From Myxococcales bacterium UBA1660 (GTDB lineage: Bacteria; Myxococcota_A; Polyangia; Polyangiales; Houyiibacteriaceae), in the NCBI GenBank assembly GCA_002320815.1, contig DCLA01000076.1, positions 3,071 through 67,070 on the forward strand: DNA of 64,000 bases. The letters run 5' to 3'. How positions within the stretch are numbered: position 1 is the first letter of the stretch; each line of letters opens with the position of its first letter. Shown here piece by piece: positions 1-9,481 of the stretch. The notes under the pieces are model-generated. The model had not been told where the DNA came from. It did no database searches and saw only the letters and a program-made list of their open reading frames with translations. Made by a program: the position numbers and the translations under genes.

Positions 1-197
1 CCTCGGCGCCCGGGTCCCACGTGTCCATCGCCCTCGACTGCGACGACGTGCCCGAGATGGAGCGACAGTTCGCGGCCCTCGCCGAGGGCGGCGAGGTGGT
101 GCACCCCATCCACGACACCTTCTATGGCGGTAAGCTGGGCGCCATGTGCGACCGCTACGGGGTGTGCTGGATGTTCAACTGCATGAGCCCCAACTGA
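1..197 (+). CDS. VOC/glyoxalase-fold protein (PhnB-like), C-terminal fragment; 5' end lies outside the window
   Basis: ORF runs off the 5' edge and stops at TGA 195-197. The tail ...VHPIHDTFYGGKLGAMCDRYGVCWMFNCMSPN resembles PhnB/glyoxalase-fold C-termini. Confidence 0.45.
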   Translation, partial: SAPGSHVSIALDCDDVPEMERQFAALAEGGEVVHPIHDTFYGGKLGAMCDRYGVCWMFNCMSPN

Positions 198-1213
198 GCG
201 CGGTGGCGGCCATCGACCCGATCGATCCCACCGAGCCGAACGCCCCCATCGACCCGGGCGACCCGATCGGCGCCCTCGAGGCCCATCGGCAGGCGCTCAC
301 CGGCCACTGCTACCGCATGCTCGGCTCCGTCGCCGACGCCGACGACGCGGTGCAGGAGACGCTGGTGCGCGCCTGGCGCCACCGGGACCAGGTGGACGAC
401 GAGGCCGCGCTGGCGGGATGGCTGCACCGCATCGCCACCAACGTCTGCCTGACGGCCCTGGCCCAGCGGCAGCGGCGGCTGCGCCCCATGTCCCTGGCGC
501 CGGCGGGTACCCCCCACGACCCGCTGAGCACGCGCCCGGCGCGCGAGTGGCTCGAGCCCATCCCCGATGCCCGGGTGATGCCGATGGCGGCGGACCCCCA
601 TGAGCGCGTCCGGGTCCGCGAGCGGGTCCGGCTGGCCTTCGTGACCGCGCTGCAGCACCTGCCGCCGAAGCAGCGGGCGGCGCTCCTGCTGGTGGAGGTC
701 GTGGGGCTCTCCGCGGACGAGACGGCGACGACCCTGGAGACCACGGTGCCTTCGGTGAACAGCGCGCTCCAGCGCGCCCGGGCCAAGCTGGGCGGGCTCG
801 GCGAGGCGGCCTCCGGGGCGCCGCTGAGCGCGAGCCAGATCGGCCTGGTGGAGCGCTTCGTCAGCGCCTTCGAGGACTACGACCCGGACGAGCTCTGCGC
901 GCTGATGCACGAGGATGCGGTGCTCTCGATGCCGCCCTACGACCTCTGGCTCCGCGGGCGGGAGTCCCTGCGCGAGTGGTTCCGGCTCCGCGGGGGCGGC
1001 TGCGCGGGCTCGCTTCTCGTGCCCACCCGGGCGTCGGGGTCGCCGGCCTTCCTGCACTACCGGGCGGGCGACGACGGCGCCTACCACGCCTGGGCCGTCA
1101 TCGTGCTGGAGCTCCGCGGCGAGCGCATCGCCGAGATGGCCAACTTCCTGGACGTGGAGTCCCTCTTCCCGGCGTTCGAGGCGCCGCTGGTGCGCACGAC
1201 GCGCGACGGCTGA
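146..1213 (+). CDS. ECF-type sigma-70 family sigma factor with C-terminal SnoaL-like extension (TIGR02960/ECF41-like)
   Basis: Region-2 motif HCYRMLGSVADADDAVQETLVRAW and a region-4 HTH (LSADETATTLETTVPSVNSALQRAR), followed by a ~130-aa extra C-terminal domain. The start is uncertain: in-frame GTG 203 avoids overlap with the upstream stop. Confidence 0.8.
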   Translation: MRPLRGVLDVQLHEPQLSAVAAIDPIDPTEPNAPIDPGDPIGALEAHRQALTGHCYRMLGSVADADDAVQETLVRAWRHRDQVDDEAALAGWLHRIATNVCLTALAQRQRRLRPMSLAPAGTPHDPLSTRPAREWLEPIPDARVMPMAADPHERVRVRERVRLAFVTALQHLPPKQRAALLLVEVVGLSADETATTLETTVPSVNSALQRARAKLGGLGEAASGAPLSASQIGLVERFVSAFEDYDPDELCALMHEDAVLSMPPYDLWLRGRESLREWFRLRGGGCAGSLLVPTRASGSPAFLHYRAGDDGAYHAWAVIVLELRGERIAEMANFLDVESLFPAFEAPLVRTTRDG

Positions 1214-1300
1214 CCGCTCGACCGGCTACCGCTCGATCCCGCGACGGCTGACCGCTCGACCGGCCACCGCTCGATCCCGCGACCGCTCGACCCGCCACCG
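1205..1300. repeat. Tandem 38-nt repeat, about 2.5 copies (1205-1242, 1243-1280 with 1 mismatch, then a degenerate copy); contains five copies of ACCGCTCGA
   Basis: Read directly. It fills the gap between the convergent sigma-factor and M23 genes. Confidence 0.85.
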
Positions 1301-1310
1301 CGATCCGCGG

Positions 1311-2693
1311 CTACTCGTTGACGACCCAGCGGCTCCGCGGGTGCCGCCGCCGCCGGCCGCACTGCACGCCCTCCGGGCGCTCGTCGGGGTTCGTCCAGGT
1401 CTCCCGCGGGATGCGCGCCAGCCGCGAGGCGTGGCGCACGCCGGGGCGGAAGAGGGTGGCCGGGTCGCAGTTCTGCCCGTTCACCATCATCTCGTAGTGC
1501 ACGTGGGGGCCGCGGCTGATGCCGGTGGAGCCCAGCTCGGCGAGCACCGCGCCGGCGGGGACCCGCTCGCCGGCGACGACGAAGTTCACCGAGTTGTGGG
1601 CGTACATGGTCACCATGCCGCCGGTGTGGATCACCAGGACCATGTTCCCGTAGCCGGGGATGTCGTCGCCGGAGTAGCCCACGATGCCCGCGGCCGAGGC
1701 GCGCACGTTCCAGCCGATGTCGCCGGTGATGTCCACGGCCTGGTGGTACCCGCCCTCGCCGGAGCCGAAGCCGCGCACGAAGCGCCCGTTGCTCACCGGC
1801 CAGCGCAGGGTGCCCGGCAGCCGGTTGGGGTTGCCGCGGGCGGCGCGGATCCAGCGGCGCTCGACCTGACCGCGCATCAGCTTGCTGGCCGCCTCCCGGG
1901 TGCCGAGCCCCAGGCGCCCGGCGAGCTGCAGCGCGCGGCGCTGGCGACCGGTGAGCTCGCGCTCTTCGCCGGTGCCCGAGCGGCCGGCGGGGATGTAGAG
2001 GCGGGCGCCCTCGCGGAGGTCCGCGGCGCCGGCTTGGTCCAACCCGTTGGCCGCCATGAGCTGCGCGACCGAGACCCGGAAGCTCCGCGCGAGATCCCAG
2101 ATGGTCTCGCCCCGCTGCACCGTGTGCCGCTGCCCGCGGCTGGCGCGGGCCTCGCGCTCCTCGGGCTCCTTGACGTCGTCCTGGTCGATGCCGGGGATGA
2201 TCACCGGCTGCCCCGGGCGCAGCATCCGCACGCCCTCGTCGTCGAGCTCGTTGCGGTCCATCAGCTCGGCGATGGAGAGGTCGTAGGTGGCCGCCAGGTC
2301 CCAGAGGGTCTGGCCGTCGCCGAGGAAGTGGTAGGCGCCGTCCTCCAGCTCGGGCAGATCCTCCAGGGTGGGGATCTCCCGGCGGGTGACCTCGGCGGGC
2401 GCGGTGGCGCCGGGGATGCGCAGCACGAGCCCCTTGCTCATCCGCCGCACGTCCCGGGGGCGCATCTCGTTCTCCTCCATGATGGCGTCGACCGGGACGT
2501 CGTACGCCCGCGAGATGTCCCAGAGGGTCTGCCCCTCGGTGACCGTGTGCTCCACGAAGGGCTCCGGTTCGGGCTCCGGTTCCGGTTCGGGCTCCGGCTC
2601 GGGCGCGGTCTCGGCGGGCGAAGGCGGAGGCTCCTCGCAGCCCAGCGCGGGCAGCGAGAGGAGCAGGAGCAGCAGCGGCAGGGGTCCTCGCAC
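1311..2693 (-). CDS. LysM-repeat / M23 family metallopeptidase lipoprotein
   Basis: Lipobox signal MRGPLPLLLLLLSLPALGC and a (PE)n linker. Three LysM-like modules (HTV..GETIWDI.., YHFLGDGQTLWDLA..). M23 motifs HQAVDI, GNMVLVIH, YAHN, GSTGISRGPHVHYE. Confidence 0.9.
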   Translation of the reverse strand: MRGPLPLLLLLLSLPALGCEEPPPSPAETAPEPEPEPEPEPEPEPFVEHTVTEGQTLWDISRAYDVPVDAIMEENEMRPRDVRRMSKGLVLRIPGATAPAEVTRREIPTLEDLPELEDGAYHFLGDGQTLWDLAATYDLSIAELMDRNELDDEGVRMLRPGQPVIIPGIDQDDVKEPEEREARASRGQRHTVQRGETIWDLARSFRVSVAQLMAANGLDQAGAADLREGARLYIPAGRSGTGEERELTGRQRRALQLAGRLGLGTREAASKLMRGQVERRWIRAARGNPNRLPGTLRWPVSNGRFVRGFGSGEGGYHQAVDITGDIGWNVRASAAGIVGYSGDDIPGYGNMVLVIHTGGMVTMYAHNSVNFVVAGERVPAGAVLAELGSTGISRGPHVHYEMMVNGQNCDPATLFRPGVRHASRLARIPRETWTNPDERPEGVQCGRRRRHPRSRWVVNE

Positions 2694-2774
2694 GGGAGCG
2701 AGCGTGATAGCGAAATCCGGCGGCTTTGCACGTCGGGCGGCCCCGCTCCGCGATCTGAGCTAGCATCGGGGCCG

Positions 2775-3863
2775 ATGCGCTTCCTTCGCTCTCTCGCGCT
2801 GCTGCTCCTGATGACCGCGGGCTGTGCGGACGACACCGCCGTCCTCCTCGAGGTCCAATCCAGCGAGGTCTTCTACCCTTCGGAGATCGACGAGATCCGG
2901 ATCCGCGCGGTGGGCATGAGCTCCGGTCGCGTGACCGACCGCCTCTTCGCGCCCGACGTGTTGCCCGCCAGCCTGGCCATCCTGCCCGGCGCCGGGTCCA
3001 ACGGCGAGGGCTTGCGGATCACCGTGTGGGGCCGCTTCGAGGGCGCCGAGCGCATCAAGCGCATCGTGGAGACCCGCTTCGTCAGCGGCGAGACCGTGGA
3101 GGTCACCGTGGAACTCCGCCGCGACTGCCTGGACGTGGCCTGCGTCGGCGAGACCAACTACTGCCTCAACGGCGCCTGCGAGCAGATGAACCCCATCGAG
3201 GACATGGGGACCCCGGACATGAACGTGCCCGAGGGGGACATGGGGACCGACGACATGGGCGAGGACCCGGTGGACCTCGGTCCCGACCCCGACCTCGGGC
3301 CCGACCCCGTGGACATGACGATGCCCGACCTAGGACCGCCCACCGGGTTCACCGGGCTCATCATCAGCGAGTACGTGGAGCCCTCGTCGGGCAACCTGAA
3401 GGCCATCGAGTTCTACAACGGCACTGGCGGCCCGGTGGATCTGGGGATGTGCCAGCTCGAGCTCTACCGAAACGGGGGCGCGGTGGCCTCGCCCATCTTC
3501 ATGCCCACCGGGACCCTGGCCGATGGGGGCACCTTCGTGCTCTGCCACACGGAGCTGGCGACGGCGATGCCCGCGCTCTGTGACTCCAACGAGGGCACCC
3601 AGTTGAACCACAACGGCAACGAGGCCTACGGGCTCCGCTGCGGCGGCGAGCTGGTGGACAGCTTCGGCTCCACCGACGGCACGGTGGGAACCGAGTGGAG
3701 CGGCGGCGGCCTCTCCACCCTGGACCAGACCCTGCGGCGCGCCTGCCCGGCCACCCCGGACACCGACCTCTCCGACGCCTTCGACCCGTCCGCGGGCTGG
3801 GTCGGTGAGCCGGCGAACACCTTCGACGGCCTCGGCGCCCGCAGCTGCCCGGCCAACCCCTGA
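2775..3863 (+). CDS. Secreted lipoprotein with C-terminal lamin-tail-like (LTD) domain
   Basis: ATG 2775 lies within the long artefactual ORF 915..3863. Signal MRFLRSLALLLLMTAGC, an acidic DMG/DLGPDP linker, then GLIISEYVEPSSGNLKAIEFYNGTG...FVLCH typical of LTD domains. Confidence 0.7.
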   Translation: MRFLRSLALLLLMTAGCADDTAVLLEVQSSEVFYPSEIDEIRIRAVGMSSGRVTDRLFAPDVLPASLAILPGAGSNGEGLRITVWGRFEGAERIKRIVETRFVSGETVEVTVELRRDCLDVACVGETNYCLNGACEQMNPIEDMGTPDMNVPEGDMGTDDMGEDPVDLGPDPDLGPDPVDMTMPDLGPPTGFTGLIISEYVEPSSGNLKAIEFYNGTGGPVDLGMCQLELYRNGGAVASPIFMPTGTLADGGTFVLCHTELATAMPALCDSNEGTQLNHNGNEAYGLRCGGELVDSFGSTDGTVGTEWSGGGLSTLDQTLRRACPATPDTDLSDAFDPSAGWVGEPANTFDGLGARSCPANP

Positions 3864-3951
3864 GGTCCCCGCTCCCCAAGGCAGGTGTCCCCGGCTGGGG
3901 AGGCACGGAATTAACCATCGGCATACGCCTCGTGTTAGCCTTCCGGCCGAG

Positions 3952-4575
3952 ATGACCACCGTCACGGAGGCCGTGAAGCCCCTTCTCGACGAGGAGGACG
4001 AGTCCGCAATCGAGGACGGCGATCTGGCGCGGCTCTGCGCCAATCCGGCGGTGGCCCAGCGCTTCGCGCGCATGCTCACCAAGGCCGCCCGGGAGATCTC
4101 GCCGAACCGCGACTGGACCCCGGAGGACCTGCGCGACGTGCTGGAGACCGCGGTCCACGGGACCGGCCAGGAGACCGCCCGGGTCCTGGAGGGGCGCTAC
4201 TTCCGCAAGCGCCTCCGCGAGCAGGTGAACCTCGCGGACCGCTACGGCGACAGCTTCGCGGTGGTGGTCATCACCATGGTCAAGGGCGTGAGCGAGGGAG
4301 TCTACAGCTCGGTGCTCGACGCGGTCACCGAGCGACTGCGCCGGACGGACATGGTCTTCCTCTACCGTCGCCGCTTCGCGCTGGTGCTCCCTCGGATGCG
4401 CCCCGCCGCGCTCTCGCCGCTCATCGAGCGGGTGCGCGAGCTGGTGGCCTACGGCGCCGGCGACGAGGCCCTCGAGCGCATCGACTCGCTCTGCTACCCG
4501 ACCGAGGAGCTCGCGGAGAACCTCGACGTGCTCGACTGGGCCGAAGACCGCCTCCGCGACATCCCGCTGAGCTGA
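3952..4575 (+). CDS. Hypothetical protein; weak resemblance to a degenerate GGDEF-like fold
   Basis: ATG 3952 in the frame of ORF 3805..4575, with high GC3. ...RYGDSFAVVVITM... and ...RRTDMVFLYRRRFALVLP... are laid out like a GGDEF domain that lacks the GGDEF motif. Confidence 0.5.
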   Translation: MTTVTEAVKPLLDEEDESAIEDGDLARLCANPAVAQRFARMLTKAAREISPNRDWTPEDLRDVLETAVHGTGQETARVLEGRYFRKRLREQVNLADRYGDSFAVVVITMVKGVSEGVYSSVLDAVTERLRRTDMVFLYRRRFALVLPRMRPAALSPLIERVRELVAYGAGDEALERIDSLCYPTEELAENLDVLDWAEDRLRDIPLS

Positions 4576-4669
4576 GCCCGGCGGAGACGCCCGCCGCGGA
4601 GGGCCTGCGGCAGCTGGTCTCCGGCGCCCGGTTGGTCGCGGCGACCGCGGCTGCTAGAGTCGCCGCGCC

Positions 4670-5365
4670 TTGTCGACCGCCACCGAACGTTTCCTCCGGG
4701 CCCGCGACGTCGAAGCCATCTTCGCCGCCTTCGTCCGCAACGCGAACACGCTCGGCAAGCAGGCGCGCACCACCCGCGCGCCCTTCGGCGCGGCCGACGC
4801 GGCGGTCTTCGCCGAGGCCCGCTTCGAGCGCTTCGACCTCAGCGAGACGGTGCCCCTGGACGCCCCCGAGGACCAAGGCCACTGGAACGACGAGGTGGCC
4901 TTCATGGACGAGAGCTCCTGGGAGACGGTGGTCCCGGTCCCCAGCGACGACACCGCGCGCCACGAAGCCATCAAGCTCGTCCCCGACGTCCAGGCGGTGC
5001 GCCCCCCGGCGCCCGGACCCAAGGAGGCCAGCGAGGACGGCGAGATGCCGCCCCGGGAGCTCGAGCGCCTGATGGACGACATGCAGGTCCTCATGCGCTA
5101 CGGCCACGACGGCGAGGTCACCCAGCGCTTCGAGCGGCTGCAGCGGGAGTACCCGCTCGATCTCCTGCTCCTCCGGCGCATCGCCGAGTTCCACCTGGAG
5201 AACGGGCAGGAGCAGCCGGCCGTCGACTGCCTCTTCCGCCTCGCACGGCAGCTCTTCGAGCGTCGCAACGTGGTCGGCATGCGCGCCGCGCTGGAGCAGA
5301 TCCTGGTGCTCAGCCCCGACGACCCCCGGGCCCACCGCCTGCTGAACCTGCTCGAGCGCCGGTAG
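4670..5365 (+). CDS. Hypothetical protein with TPR-like C-terminus
   Basis: 231-aa ORF with a TTG start and high GC3. The helical C-terminal part (LLLLRRIAEFHLENGQEQPAVDCLFRLARQLFERRNVVGMRAALEQILVLSPDDPRA) looks TPR-like. Confidence 0.5.
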   Translation: MSTATERFLRARDVEAIFAAFVRNANTLGKQARTTRAPFGAADAAVFAEARFERFDLSETVPLDAPEDQGHWNDEVAFMDESSWETVVPVPSDDTARHEAIKLVPDVQAVRPPAPGPKEASEDGEMPPRELERLMDDMQVLMRYGHDGEVTQRFERLQREYPLDLLLLRRIAEFHLENGQEQPAVDCLFRLARQLFERRNVVGMRAALEQILVLSPDDPRAHRLLNLLERR

Positions 5366-5420
5366 CCGCCGCCGACGAGTCAGCAGGGCGGGGCCATTCG
5401 GGAACCCGCCGCCCCGCGGC

Positions 5421-7148
5421 TCACTGCGCGACGAGCAGCACCACCAGCCACTGGCCCCAGGGCGAGCCCTCGGGCTGGATGAAGGTGGAGGCGGCCTGGA
5501 GGCGGAGCGGCCCCGGCTGCAGCAGCTCGGCGGGCACCTCGTTCTCGTAGGGGTCGCCGCCGACGTGGGCCACCATGCCCTGGACCGAGGTACCCCACTC
5601 GCGCGAGGCGCGCTGGAGCGCGGCCTGGAGCACCAGGTTCGGCGCCTTGCCGCCGGTGCGGGCGCGGTCGACCTCGGCGGCCAGCTGCCCCTGGGGATCG
5701 GGGATCTCCTGGAGTGGGGGGAGCCCCCGGGCGGCGCGCTCCCGGGCGATGCGCTCCAGCATGCGCTGCGCGCCCTGGCCGAAGGGCGAGCGCGCGGGAT
5801 CGTAGAGCTCGTAGGATGCGGCCATCGCGGCGATGCCGCCCTCCTCGACGACCGACGCGATCGCCAGCCGGTTGGCCTCGGGGTCCATCAGGGTGGCGCG
5901 CATCATCGGGCGGTCCAGCGAGCGCGCGAGCCACTGGGCCGCGTCGCGGGTCTCGGCGGAGCCCCCCGCGAGGATGGCGTCGGCGATGGTGCCCCCGACC
6001 TCCCACCCGGCGAGCATGGTCAGCGCGATGAGGTCGTGGACCTCGGGCTGGGTGTCCGGCGCGAAGAAGTGCCCCATGGCCGGCGTCATCGTCGCGCTCT
6101 GCGCCTCGGCGAGCTCCAGAGGCCGCATGCGGTGGGCCGCGCGCAGGCCGTTGACCCGCTCCACGAGGAGGCGCGCGAAGGTCTCGGCGTCCGTCGCGGG
6201 GGCGGGCTCGCCCACGTCGGGGAGCGCCTGGGCGCGCACGTCGGCGTCGGGGCGGCGGGCCAGGAGATGGGCCGCCGGCTCCCCGAGCGCGCGGTTGGGC
6301 GCGTAGGCCATCACGTCGATGCGGGCCACCGCGTCCGCGCCGTCCATCGGGCACTCCAGCGCGAACTCCGGCAGCGTCAGGCCGGGCAGGGGATGGCAGC
6401 GGGCGACGCCCACCGGGCCCTGGTTCACGAAGCCCTGGACCGTCGCGGTGGGCATCAGGAGGCGCCCGCGCACGATCACCTTCTCGCCGCTCTCGTCGGG
6501 CATCGGACGGACGGTCTCGAGCTGCACCCGCGGGCGCTCCACCACCAGGACCAGCGCGGCCTGGTCGCCGCTCCGCGCCATGGCCAGGCCGACGTGGGCC
6601 GGCGCGTCGGGGACCTGGCTCTCCGCCCACGGCCGGACCTCGCCCTGCACCTGGGCCCACAGCGCGGCGTCGGGCCCATCGGAGACGCCGCTCCAGCCGC
6701 GCCCGTAGACCTCGATGTGCGGGGACACCACGCCGCAGCGCGACGCGATGAAGCCGCGGCGGCTCTCCGAGGGCCGGCCGCCGTGGGTCGTCACGTGGGC
6801 GGCCAAGGCCGCGGCGAGACACTGGGCGCCGTCGGTGGCGGTGGCGGCGCGGGCGGCGGTCAGCTCGGTCACCAGGCGACCGGGGCCGGACTCGGCCTCG
6901 TGGGGCGCTTGCTCCGGGAGCGGCGGGAGGGTGACCTCCAGGGTCCAGGGCGCGTCGCTCCGTCCGTCCGCGTCGAAGATGCGGTCCGGGGCCGGCGCGG
7001 AGTCCAGGGCGGACCGCAGGCGGTCCCGCTCGGGGAAGGTATAGGCGCTGGGGGCCGGCTCGGCGGCCACGGTCTCGCCGCTGGGCGTGGTGGATCGGGC
7101 CGGGGCGCAGGCGCCCACGAGGAGGCCGAGGAGGACGAAGCGAAGCAT
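5421..7148 (-). CDS. Hypothetical lipoprotein (575 aa)
   Basis: ATG 7148 inside artefactual ORF 5421..9356. Signal plus lipobox MLRFVLLGLLVGAC. I recognise no catalytic motifs. Confidence 0.65.
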   Translation of the reverse strand: MLRFVLLGLLVGACAPARSTTPSGETVAAEPAPSAYTFPERDRLRSALDSAPAPDRIFDADGRSDAPWTLEVTLPPLPEQAPHEAESGPGRLVTELTAARAATATDGAQCLAAALAAHVTTHGGRPSESRRGFIASRCGVVSPHIEVYGRGWSGVSDGPDAALWAQVQGEVRPWAESQVPDAPAHVGLAMARSGDQAALVLVVERPRVQLETVRPMPDESGEKVIVRGRLLMPTATVQGFVNQGPVGVARCHPLPGLTLPEFALECPMDGADAVARIDVMAYAPNRALGEPAAHLLARRPDADVRAQALPDVGEPAPATDAETFARLLVERVNGLRAAHRMRPLELAEAQSATMTPAMGHFFAPDTQPEVHDLIALTMLAGWEVGGTIADAILAGGSAETRDAAQWLARSLDRPMMRATLMDPEANRLAIASVVEEGGIAAMAASYELYDPARSPFGQGAQRMLERIARERAARGLPPLQEIPDPQGQLAAEVDRARTGGKAPNLVLQAALQRASREWGTSVQGMVAHVGGDPYENEVPAELLQPGPLRLQAASTFIQPEGSPWGQWLVVLLVAQ

Positions 7149-7219
7149 GGCCCGCCGACTAGCATCGCTGGCCGGATCCCGCCTCACCCGCTTGGGGTAC
7201 GGCGGAGCGTTTTCTGTCC

Positions 7220-8608
7220 TCAGGCGCGGGTGAGGATCACCCGGGTGACCTCGGGGGCCGCGCCCAGGCGAGCCGGGGGCCCCGCGGTGCCGAAGCCGCG
7301 GTTCACGTAGAGCTGGCCGCCGTGGCGGTGGTAGCTGCCCTCGACGTAGCCGTAGGGCACCACCAGCCCGGCGGGCTCGTAGCCCAGGGTCACCTGGCCG
7401 CCGTGGGTGTGGCCGCTGAGCTGGAGCTGGATGTCCGCGGCGACGTGGTGGAAGAACTCCGGCTGGTGGCAGAGGAGGACCCGGCCGAGGTCCGGCGGGA
7501 CCATGCCGATGGCGCGGTCGAGGTCCGGGCCGGGTCCACCGGGAATCGGCTGGCCGTGGCCGCCGGCCCAGAGGTCGTCGACGCCCAGGAGGGCGAAGCC
7601 GCCGCCGCCGTCGCCGATGACCACGCCCTCGTTGCGCAGCACCCGCGCGCCGCCGCGCCGCAGCGCACCGAGGACCTCGTCGATGCCCGAGTAGTAGTCG
7701 TGGTTCCCGGGCACCGCGGTGACCCCGTGGCGAGCGAGCGGACCGAGCCGCTCCACCAGCTCGCCGAGGCGCGGGGCGTACTGGGGCTCGTGGTCCACCA
7801 GGTCGCCGGTGAGCACGATCAGGTCCGGCCGCGCGTCGCGGACCAAGCGCTCGGCGGCGCGGAGCTCCCAGTCGCCGACGAAGCGGCCGATGTGGATGTC
7901 CGAGAGCTGCACCAGGGTGAAGCCCTCCAGGGTGGCCGGGAGCCCGGGGAGGGCGACCACCAGCTCCTCGACGGCGTAGTCGTGGCGCCCGAAGAAGGCC
8001 GAGTACCCGCCCAGGCTGCCGCCGAGGACCAGGGCGCCGCCGGAGGCGAAGTGCCCGAAGAGCTCGCGGCGGGAGAGGAGGGGGTCCGGCGCCGGCGCAT
8101 TGGGGGCGGCGTCGTGGGCGGCGTCGGGGGCGGCGTCGCGCTTGGCGTCGGGTCGCGCGGGCGCCGGGACCTCCGCGTCGAGGGCCGCCGTCTCGGAACG
8201 CGCCGCGTCCTGGGCGTCGGCCGCCGCCGGGATCGCGCGCTCGTCCCGAGCGTCCCCCCGGTCCGGCCAGAAGCGAGCCGCCAGGGCCGCCAGCCCGCGG
8301 GCGATGTCCACGTGGAAGAGGAGCACCGCGGCGAAGATGGTCCCCAGGGTCAGCGCGGCGCCGATCAGCGCCGTACCCACCTCGAAGTCCGGGCCCAGGA
8401 CCCGCATCCGCCCGACGACCAGCGCCACCGGCCCGAGCAGGATGGCCGCGCCCAGCACGAGGCTGGGCCAGCGACCCAGTCGGAAGGTCCGGCGGGCGCG
8501 CCGGAAGACGTACACGCCGAAGAGCAGCGTGAGCAGGAGGACGGCGATGGCGATCAGGAGGAAGGTCGACATGAGGTCGTGGATCGACGGGCGAGCGGCC
8601 CCGTTCAT
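7220..8608 (-). CDS. Membrane-anchored metallophosphoesterase
   Basis: N-terminal TM helices, then calcineurin-like motifs LSDIHIG, GDLVDH, GNHDYY, GHTHGGQ. Confidence 0.85.
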   Translation of the reverse strand: MNGAARPSIHDLMSTFLLIAIAVLLLTLLFGVYVFRRARRTFRLGRWPSLVLGAAILLGPVALVVGRMRVLGPDFEVGTALIGAALTLGTIFAAVLLFHVDIARGLAALAARFWPDRGDARDERAIPAAADAQDAARSETAALDAEVPAPARPDAKRDAAPDAAHDAAPNAPAPDPLLSRRELFGHFASGGALVLGGSLGGYSAFFGRHDYAVEELVVALPGLPATLEGFTLVQLSDIHIGRFVGDWELRAAERLVRDARPDLIVLTGDLVDHEPQYAPRLGELVERLGPLARHGVTAVPGNHDYYSGIDEVLGALRRGGARVLRNEGVVIGDGGGGFALLGVDDLWAGGHGQPIPGGPGPDLDRAIGMVPPDLGRVLLCHQPEFFHHVAADIQLQLSGHTHGGQVTLGYEPAGLVVPYGYVEGSYHRHGGQLYVNRGFGTAGPPARLGAAPEVTRVILTRA

Positions 8609-8846
8609 TCCTCCGTCGCGCGAGACGCCCCGCCGTCACTCGCCGAGGACGTGAGCGGTCCGGGGGGCTCGAGGTCGTCTGCCGGGCGTTCGCCCTCTCG
8701 CGGTTGCCCACCGAAGGGGCCGTTGGTCTCCGAGCCCCGAGCGCCCATAATCCAAAGCCCGGCGACCCCGCCGGTCTGGAGCCTCTCTGCCCAAGTACAA
8801 AGCCGTCCCCCTCGTCCATCTCCGTCAGCGCCTGCGGGACCAGAGC

Positions 8847-9320
8847 TTGGAGGGCGCAGCCCTGGACGCGCTCGACGCCCGGGACGCGGAGGTCTTCCGC
8901 CGCGTCACCGCCACGGAGTGGATGCCGGTAGACCAGGCGGCGCGCATCTACGCGACGGCGGTTCCCATCGCCTTTCCGGGCGAGCCCCGGCCGCTGCGCG
9001 AGTTCGGCCGCGAGGGCGCGCGCCACAACCTCAAGGGCGTCTACCGCTTCCTGGTGCGCCTGATCAGCGTCCCTTCGCTCATCGAGCGCACGGCCAAGAT
9101 CTGGGAGCGCTACCACGACACCGGGCACGCCCGAACGGAGCGCCTCTCCGACCGCTCGGTCCGCATCGTGGTCGAGGGCCATCCGACCCTTCCGGCCGCC
9201 CTCCGGGCCGCCATCGCCGGCTGGACCGCGGGCGCGGTCGAGCTCACCGGCGCCCAGAACGTGCGGGTGACCGAGGGCGGCGACCCCACCGCCTGGGTCT
9301 GGACCATCACCTGGCGCTGA
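8847..9320 (+). CDS. TIGR02265/DUF2378-like protein (myxobacterial paralogous family); start uncertain
   Basis: 157-aa ORF from TTG 8847. The in-frame sequence back to the stop at 8748-8750 still looks like coding sequence (PKYKAVPLVHLRQRLRDQS) but offers only CTG codons (8787, 8832). Confidence 0.5.
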   Translation: MEGAALDALDARDAEVFRRVTATEWMPVDQAARIYATAVPIAFPGEPRPLREFGREGARHNLKGVYRFLVRLISVPSLIERTAKIWERYHDTGHARTERLSDRSVRIVVEGHPTLPAALRAAIAGWTAGAVELTGAQNVRVTEGGDPTAWVWTITWR

Positions 9321-9481
9321 GGACCGCCCCCGGGCGCTGACCTCGACGCGGGACACGCCGGAAACGTCGGCGGACGGGCGCGGTATCGCCGTCGATCCTT
9401 GTCGAGCGGGCCCGACTGCTGATAAGCGATGGCCGCCCGGAAGGTGAACGTCCGCACAGGATCCTCCGCGCCCCCGTTGGA

